DNA of 64,000 nt from Bacteroidales bacterium (lineage in GTDB: Bacteria > Bacteroidota > Bacteroidia > Bacteroidales > UBA7332), in the NCBI GenBank assembly GCA_028687995.1, contig JAQTZA010000007.1, forward strand, positions 21,099 through 85,098, in the 5' to 3' direction. The notes beneath the pieces were generated by a model. The model was not told the DNA's origin and searched no databases. It saw only the letters and a program-made list of their open reading frames with translations. Of the stretch, positions 58,701-64,000 are shown piece by piece. The stretch's first letter is position 1. The number at the start of each line of letters is the position of its first letter. A program made the position numbers and the translations under genes.

Positions 58701-60086
58701 ACCGGAGCAGAGGTACAAAAACCGTTGGCTACCGTAGTGATTGGTGGATTGATTACCGCCACATTGTTGACATTGATCGTTTTGCCAGTGTTGTACATGC
58801 TGTTTTCCTCCTATTCATTCAACGGATTTTTTAGGAAAAAGAGGGCTAAATCGCTGCTAATTATTCTCATTTTATCCATGTTTGCGATGTATGCAAATGC
58901 TGAAGAGAAAAAGTCAATCACCCTACAACACGCCATCGAACTGGCTTTGGATCATAATCTTGCCATACGCGCCTCTACCTATTCGGTGAACGTTCAGAAA
59001 ACGTTGAAAGCGGCTTCGTGGGACATTCCCAAAACTGAAGTTACAGGCGAATATGGACAGTTAAACTCTTACACCAAAGACAACAGCATTCGGGTGTCGC
59101 AATCGTTTGCCTTCCCCACGGTCTATATCAATCAACACCGATTAGCCAAAGCCAATGTCAAAAGTAGTGAGTGGCAACTGAAAACAACCCAATTGGAGAT
59201 TGCAACGGAGGTAAAACAGGTGTATAGTCACCTCTCCTATCTGCAAGCTAAACGAAAACTGGTTCAATATCAGGATAGTTTGTACGATGGTTTTTTCAAA
59301 GCCGCCGAACATCGGGCAAGAATTGGCGAAACAAACCGATTAGAGATGATTTCAGCCCGTTCGCAACGGATGGAGGCACAGAATCAATTGCAGCAAATTG
59401 TTGCTGATGTGATGGTGTATCAACAGAAGTTGCAAACGTTGTTGAATGTTGAGGTTTCATTCTCATTGACCGACACAGTTTTGCTACGGATTGATCCTGT
59501 TTCAGCGATTGAAAACAGTGAGTTAAACGAGAATCCTACGATTGGTTTTCAGAAGCAGCAAATTGACATATCACGCATGGAGAAGAAACTGGAATACAGC
59601 AAAATGATGCCCGATATAAGCATAGGATACGTCAGCCAGACCATGCAAGGCGTGCAAGAGGTGAATGGTTTGCCCCGTACTTTCGGAAGAGGCGATCGAT
59701 TGACGGCTATAGAGGTCGGCATTGCCTTTCCGCTGTGGTTGACTCCCTCTTTGGCAAAAACAAAAGCGGCAAAATTAAAACAACAAGCAATAGAAACAAA
59801 CGCCGAATACGTCCTGAAATCACTGGAGGGGACACATCGTTCGTTACAAAGTGAATATGCAAAATTCAGTAACAGTGTAGCCTATTACGAAACACAAGCT
59901 TTGCCCGAAGCCAATCTCATTATTGAACAAGCCACCCGAAGTTATCAGATCGGTGCGATGGACTATTTGGATTATATCGTGAATCTTACCCGTGCGTTAA
60001 ACATCAAACAAAACTACCTGGATGCACTCGATAATCTGAATCAAACGGTCATTTCAATTGACTATGTTTCGGGTAAAATTTACTAG
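55710..60086 (+). CDS. CusA/CzcA heavy-metal efflux RND transporter with fused C-terminal TolC domain
   Basis: IDAVPDITNNQVQ, GAIDFGLIVDGAV and RLRPVIMTA, plus about 400 aa of outer-membrane efflux domain. The start is set at ATG 55710. Confidence 0.93.
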   Translation: MIERIIQFSINNKFIVGLCVVALIGWGTYSITQLPIDAIPDITNNQVQIIVQAPSLAVQEVESFVTAPIEVAVANVPNVIELRSISRLGLSVITVVFKDKVDVYWARQQLSERLKEAEENIPAGLAKIELAPISSGLGEVYQYRLAVEKGYENKYNPMELRTIQDWTIRREMLGTPGVADINSYGGFVKQYEIAVNPERLRGLNLTLTDIFDALEKNNENTGSAYIDKNPTAYFIRGIGLVKSIADIEKIVVKTNPSGIPILVRDVATVQYGSATRYGALVIDTTEAVGGVVMMLKGENANQVVADVETRIVSIQKSLPEGITIEPFLNRSDLVDRAIGTVTRNLMEGALIVIFILVLLLGNFRAGLVVSSVIPLSMLFAISLMNIFGVSGNLMSLGAIDFGLIVDGAVIIVESVVHRITMSKTHHVGIEKLSQKQMDENVFESAKRMMSSATFGQVIILIVYLPILALIGIEGKMFRPMAQVVVFAILGATLLSLTYVPMASALFLSKKTEHKPNWSDKLMHWLQAAFIPVISYALRRKLLVSISAFTLFLMSLVLFSRLGGEFIPQLEEGDLAAGVITLQGGSLSNTIEMVKKANKILLENFPEIEHTVCKIGAGEIPTDPTPMETGDYIITLKKELISANNREELVEKMKEKLVVLAGVKFEFQQPIQMRFNELLSGSKQDIAIKIFGDDLNTLSENGVAIEKIIQNIEGIEDINVEKVTGLAQVQVEYNRDRLAQYGLTVQDVNRTLRAAFAGSQAGVVFDEEKRFPLVVRLDKDYRQSLDDVKNLSVALPDGGQIPFEQVADIEIKSGPAQVSRENTKRRITVGFNVRNRDVQSVVDEVSSRIDKEVKLPVGYYVSYGGQFQNLIAAKNRLAIALPVALLLIFVLLYFTFRSVKQSLLIYTAVPMSAIGGVVALWLRDMNFSISAGVGFIALFGVAVLNGIVLIAEFNRLEKAGITDITERILKGLHSRLRPVIMTAAVASLGFLPMALSTSTGAEVQKPLATVVIGGLITATLLTLIVLPVLYMLFSSYSFNGFFRKKRAKSLLIILILSMFAMYANAEEKKSITLQHAIELALDHNLAIRASTYSVNVQKTLKAASWDIPKTEVTGEYGQLNSYTKDNSIRVSQSFAFPTVYINQHRLAKANVKSSEWQLKTTQLEIATEVKQVYSHLSYLQAKRKLVQYQDSLYDGFFKAAEHRARIGETNRLEMISARSQRMEAQNQLQQIVADVMVYQQKLQTLLNVEVSFSLTDTVLLRIDPVSAIENSELNENPTIGFQKQQIDISRMEKKLEYSKMMPDISIGYVSQTMQGVQEVNGLPRTFGRGDRLTAIEVGIAFPLWLTPSLAKTKAAKLKQQAIETNAEYVLKSLEGTHRSLQSEYAKFSNSVAYYETQALPEANLIIEQATRSYQIGAMDYLDYIVNLTRALNIKQNYLDALDNLNQTVISIDYVSGKIY

Positions 60087-60178
60087 GTTAACCGTTTGAA
60101 GCCATGTTGTATTTATTTCAAAAAAAGAAGAGTTAATACAATAATTTTATCAATTATATCACTTAAAACATACTATAT

Positions 60179-61360
60179 ATGTCATTTATAAAATTAAAAC
60201 CAGTCGCATTTGCGTTGCTCGTTTCCACTACACTGCTTTCGTGTCGTAGTGGACAAAAAGCAGAAGAGAAAGAGACGGAAATTCTACCCGAAGATATTGT
60301 TGAACTAAGAGATGACCAACGAAAGATGGCAAATATCGAGATGGGAAGTGTAGAGATACGCACCATTAGCAATAATCTCAAAGTAAATGGAACGGTAAAC
60401 GTGGCTCCACAAAACCGTGCGACAGTGTGTATGCCAATGGGTGGTTTTGTGAAGAGCATTCGCTTGGCACCAGGTAGTGCAGTCAGAAAAGGAGAAGTGC
60501 TAGCCATTCTCACAAATCAAGAGTTTGTGGATATACAGCAAAATTACCTGGAAGCTAAAAACAGATTTGATTATGCAGAAGCAGAATACAAAAGATACCG
60601 TGAGCTTTTCAAAGAAGATATCTCTTCTCAAAAAAATATGCAACAGGTAATTTCCGACTACAAGAGCCTCAAAACTCAAGTAAAAGCGTTGGAACAAAAG
60701 TTATCGCTAATAGGCATACAAGCGACACGATTAACGGAAGATAATATCAGCAGTGCGGTTTCGGTGGTCTCTCCTATTTCGGGATACATGAAGTCTGTGA
60801 ATATTAGCATGGGTAAATATGTCTCTTCGTCAGATATTTTGTTTGAGATAGTAAACACCGATGCACTTTACCTCGACCTCACGCTTTTCGAAAAAGATGC
60901 GGATAAAGTTTCGATTGGTCAGAAGATTCATTTCTTTATCAATAACGAAACCGATCAACACGATGCTGTGATTTATCAAACGGCTAAATCAATCAATTCG
61001 GACAAAACATACAATGTATATGCCAAAGTGGTGGGTGTATGCAAAAATACGTTGCCAGGAATGTATGTAAATGCCATCATAGAGACTTCGAATGACAAGG
61101 TAATGGCACTTCCCTCGGAAGCTGTGGTAAGATTCGACGACAAAGAGTATATTTTTATTTTAGAACGAGAAAAGGTAGAGGACGGAAAACCTTTTACCGA
61201 ATATCGTATGGTAGAGATATCCAAAGGGGTGACAGAAAACGGATACACCCAAATTACATTGCCCGACACATTGAAAATGGAGACCATCAAAGTGGTGATA
61301 AAAGGAGCGTATAAGCTCTTATCGGCCAAAAAAAATGCGGGTGAAATGAGTTGTGGGTGA
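60179..61360 (+). CDS. Efflux RND periplasmic adaptor (CzcB/CusB-like) lipoprotein
   Basis: Lipobox LLSC, the lipoyl-like MGGFVKSIRLAPGSAVRKGE and SPISGY. Confidence 0.92.
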   Translation: MSFIKLKPVAFALLVSTTLLSCRSGQKAEEKETEILPEDIVELRDDQRKMANIEMGSVEIRTISNNLKVNGTVNVAPQNRATVCMPMGGFVKSIRLAPGSAVRKGEVLAILTNQEFVDIQQNYLEAKNRFDYAEAEYKRYRELFKEDISSQKNMQQVISDYKSLKTQVKALEQKLSLIGIQATRLTEDNISSAVSVVSPISGYMKSVNISMGKYVSSSDILFEIVNTDALYLDLTLFEKDADKVSIGQKIHFFINNETDQHDAVIYQTAKSINSDKTYNVYAKVVGVCKNTLPGMYVNAIIETSNDKVMALPSEAVVRFDDKEYIFILEREKVEDGKPFTEYRMVEISKGVTENGYTQITLPDTLKMETIKVVIKGAYKLLSAKKNAGEMSCG

Positions 61361-61531
61361 TTGGGTAGATCCAATATTATTAAAATAGAATAGCGCGATT
61401 ATTATCTCAATAAAATAGTTTTTTTTTTGGCATTGTAACAGCATTTTTCTTACTTTTGCAAACTATTATTTAAAATCATTCGCAATTAGAATGCTCTAAT
61501 TGCGGAAAACAAAGCTCTATTTAAGCCTAAA

Positions 61532-61909
61532 ATGAAGTACCGAGCCCTCGCCATACTACACCTCATCGTGCTCGCTATTTATATCGTTCGCCCCATCCTA
61601 CCATATATCGAATACGCTATCAACAAGGATTATATTGCCAAAAATCTATGCGTAAATAGAGACAAGCCCAAAAGTTGCTGTGAGGGGAAATGTTATTTAG
61701 AGAAACAAATTAAGAAAAACAGTGAACCCGAAGAGTCAAAAGAAAAGAATCGGACTAAAAAAGCGGAAGTAAAAGAGATTAATCAATTTCTATCTGCTTC
61801 TGACTTGGTGCAATTAACTACAGCTGCGTACATCAAACTGCTCAATAAACCTGAGACGCCAGTTTCAACCCGATATTTATCCTCCATTTTTATCCCTCCA
61901 GAGGTATAA
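61532..61909 (+). CDS. Small Cys-rich conserved Bacteroidota protein upstream of a TBDR operon
   Basis: N-terminal TM, YIAKNLCVNRDKPKSCCEGKCYL and C-terminal SIFIPPEV. Confidence 0.8.
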   Translation: MKYRALAILHLIVLAIYIVRPILPYIEYAINKDYIAKNLCVNRDKPKSCCEGKCYLEKQIKKNSEPEESKEKNRTKKAEVKEINQFLSASDLVQLTTAAYIKLLNKPETPVSTRYLSSIFIPPEV

Positions 61910-61969
61910 TTTGAATTTTTACTAATTCATATTTCGCTAATCTTGTAAAGGTTGGTGCAATATTGCTAC

Positions 61970-61999
61970 ACCTATCCAGAAATCCGTTTTGGGATAGGT
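61970..61999 (+). promoter_or_regulatory. Intergenic hairpin between the small Cys-rich ORF and the FixH/YtkA-like gene
   Basis: ACCTATCC-agaaa-tccg-ttttg-GGATAGGT. It has no strong U-tract. Confidence 0.45.
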
Positions 62000-62049
62000 A
62001 AATGCTATAACTATTCACGTAAACAAAATTCAAATCAATACGAATCATT

Positions 62050-62886
62050 ATGAAATCAAACATTCAAAAATTCATATATACCCTTGCCCTTTCTATCGTT
62101 ATATTTTCTTGCCAAAAAGAAGATAATATCATCTCTTCTAATTCGTTAGATGGCCTTTCGAAGCTAAAAGAGGGTTATGCCATTGGCGCATCTGCAAAAG
62201 TAGAAATCTGGGGAAAGAAGAACTTCTTTGTGGGCTACAACAATCTAGTGGTTGTATTGTACGATTCACTCAATTTGAAAGAGAAAATAACCGATGCACA
62301 CATTCACTTTATGCCGTTGATGACCATGAGCATGATGGGACAAATGCCAATGGTGCACGCAGCACCAGTGGAAAATCCATCCGAAACGCCTGTTAATGAT
62401 GTTTTTCCTGGGGCAGTGGCTTTTATTATGCCATCGACTGAAACTGGTGTTTGGCAATTGCGTGTGGCGGTGCACAACCACAAATACGACAAAGAGGGTA
62501 CAGCTTCTTTCAATATCAACGTGGATAGTCCAACGAATAGCTCGTTAACCGTTTTCACCACGACGACGGATAGCTTGAAATTGGTATTATCGATGGTGCA
62601 ACCGACTACACCCAAAGTAGGAATGAACGATATTGAGTTCACAATTCACCAAAAAGCAGGCATGATGGATTTCCCTGCCGATGACTCTTATGCAATAGAA
62701 ATCACACCCGAAATGCCAAGCATGGGACACGGTTCTCCTAACAATGTCAACCCTACCAATACTGGAAATGGTCATTACAAAGGAAAGGTCAACTTCACGA
62801 TGACTGGCGAATGGAAAATCAACGTGGTGGTCAAAAAAAATGGCGTTGCGGTTTCGCAAAACCTATATTTCAACGTAGTAATCTAA
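62050..62886 (+). CDS. FixH/YtkA-like Met/His-rich lipoprotein (putative copper chaperone)
   Basis: Lipobox IFSC; two Ig-like repeats with PLMTMSMMGQMPMVHAAP and PEMPSMGHGSPNN...NFTMTGEWKI. Confidence 0.72.
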   Translation: MKSNIQKFIYTLALSIVIFSCQKEDNIISSNSLDGLSKLKEGYAIGASAKVEIWGKKNFFVGYNNLVVVLYDSLNLKEKITDAHIHFMPLMTMSMMGQMPMVHAAPVENPSETPVNDVFPGAVAFIMPSTETGVWQLRVAVHNHKYDKEGTASFNINVDSPTNSSLTVFTTTTDSLKLVLSMVQPTTPKVGMNDIEFTIHQKAGMMDFPADDSYAIEITPEMPSMGHGSPNNVNPTNTGNGHYKGKVNFTMTGEWKINVVVKKNGVAVSQNLYFNVVI

Positions 62887-62942
62887 CAAAAAGTGCCGGA
62901 GGATGATCATATTCTTCCTCCGGCTCATTAATTAATTTGATT

Positions 62943-64000
62943 ATGAAGAAATATTTTTTACTATCGTTGATACTCATTTTCAGTGAATTCGCTCATGCCG
63001 AAACGATTGATACGACAAAAATGACCTGCACCTGTGTCGATTTGGAAGAGGTCAATATCTCGGCCAATCTGCCACTGAACGACAACAAAGTAGCCGGCTT
63101 TTTCCGCACAAATCAATTTGCTTCGATGGACAATATCAATGCTCGTTTGGAAGGAATGTCGCTTATCAAGCGTGGTGCTTATGCGATGGAACCTCAACTG
63201 AATGGATTCTCGGGCGGACAAATCAACGCGACCATCGACGGCATGAAGATGTTTGGTGCTTGCACCGACAAGATGGATCCGATCACGTCCTACATCGAAC
63301 CAACGAATTTGAAAACACTCACCATCAGCCAGGGAACGAGCGGTTGCCAAAACGGATGCTCTCTCGGAGGCACTTTCGACATGACATTGCAAGAGCCCGA
63401 CAGCAAAGGACTTATCCCTTTTTATTCGTCGTTGGGGTTTGGCTACGAGAGCATTTCGAGAAGCAAAAACGTACTTTTTTTATCAGGATTTTCGCATCAA
63501 AAATGGGCATTTGGAGTTGAAGGAGTTTATCGTAAAAATGAGAATTACAAAACCGGTGAAAACGTAACGATTCCGTTTTCTCAATTTCAGAAAGCGAACC
63601 TACATTCGGTGCTCAAATACAAGCCAAATAGCAAATCGACATTCAAAGCCGACTTTTTGTTGGATGATGCCCGCAACGTGGGTTATCCAGCGTTGCCCAT
63701 GGATGTGGGTGTGGCGCGCGCTTCGCTTTTTGCATTAGAATACACGCACCAAGGGAAAATTCAAACAAAAGCGAAAATGTATGTCAACTCCATTCTTCAC
63801 GTGATGGATGACTCGCAACGCGATTCTCTCTATATACTCAAAACCAAACCCGTTGGTAAATCTGACACCGTATTTATGCGCATGGATATGCCGGGGAAAA
63901 GTTCGACATTAGGTGCCTATTTGCAATTTGTAATTCCGTGGAACAACCGCAACAAACTGATGCTGAAAGTGGACAATTACACCAATCGTTCGTTGGCAGA
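62943..64000 (+). CDS. OprC-like TonB-dependent copper receptor (runs off the window end; absent from the ORF track)
   Basis: Manual translation from ATG 62943 gives a signal peptide and a plug domain with IDGMKMFGACTDKMDPITSY, a CxxxM motif like OprC GACPxRMDxPxSY. Confidence 0.8.
   Translation, partial: MKKYFLLSLILIFSEFAHAETIDTTKMTCTCVDLEEVNISANLPLNDNKVAGFFRTNQFASMDNINARLEGMSLIKRGAYAMEPQLNGFSGGQINATIDGMKMFGACTDKMDPITSYIEPTNLKTLTISQGTSGCQNGCSLGGTFDMTLQEPDSKGLIPFYSSLGFGYESISRSKNVLFLSGFSHQKWAFGVEGVYRKNENYKTGENVTIPFSQFQKANLHSVLKYKPNSKSTFKADFLLDDARNVGYPALPMDVGVARASLFALEYTHQGKIQTKAKMYVNSILHVMDDSQRDSLYILKTKPVGKSDTVFMRMDMPGKSSTLGAYLQFVIPWNNRNKLMLKVDNYTNRSLA

Noticed and set aside
55710-60086. CusA-TolC fusion as a novelty
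   Set aside because: This fusion is typical of Bacteroidota heavy-metal RND systems.

Overview
This is a 64-kb chromosomal window from an anaerobic member of the Bacteroidales. The assignment rests on TAnnTTTG -7 promoters, T9SS cargo and plug proteins, the Na+-pumping methylmalonyl-CoA decarboxylase operon and a CusA-TolC fusion. Most of the window is housekeeping: rmuC, ABC-F, cdd, HU, mscL/mscS, mce-mmd, the glycogen cluster and gdhA. Six accessory features stand out. (1) A minus-strand operon, dsrE2-tusA-mvhD-like-hdrA(short)-hdrA(long)-wHTH-qmoC-like-nifX-like (4366-10781), lies opposite a Cys-rich Crp/Fnr regulator with a near-consensus TGTGA-N6-TCACA site. It has no hdrB, hydrogenase, flx or apr genes, and its two HdrA copies show complementary motif losses. 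This is the best candidate for an undescribed sulfur-carrier and quinone-linked flavin redox system. (2) A lone AT-rich gene carries an integron-cassette/attC-like signature (19240-20512), with no integrase in the window. (3) A promoter- and terminator-bounded structured RNA of about 175 nt, possibly 6S-like, lies upstream of mce. (4) A T9SS-type protein is built from six CBM20-like modules and two Fn3 domains with no catalytic domain. (5) A metal efflux operon and an OprC-like copper-uptake operon each begin with a small Cys-rich ORF ending in a PP motif, possibly cis-acting metal-sensing leaders. (6) Several REP/MITE-like palindromes are present. All calls come from reading motifs by eye; no searches were run.
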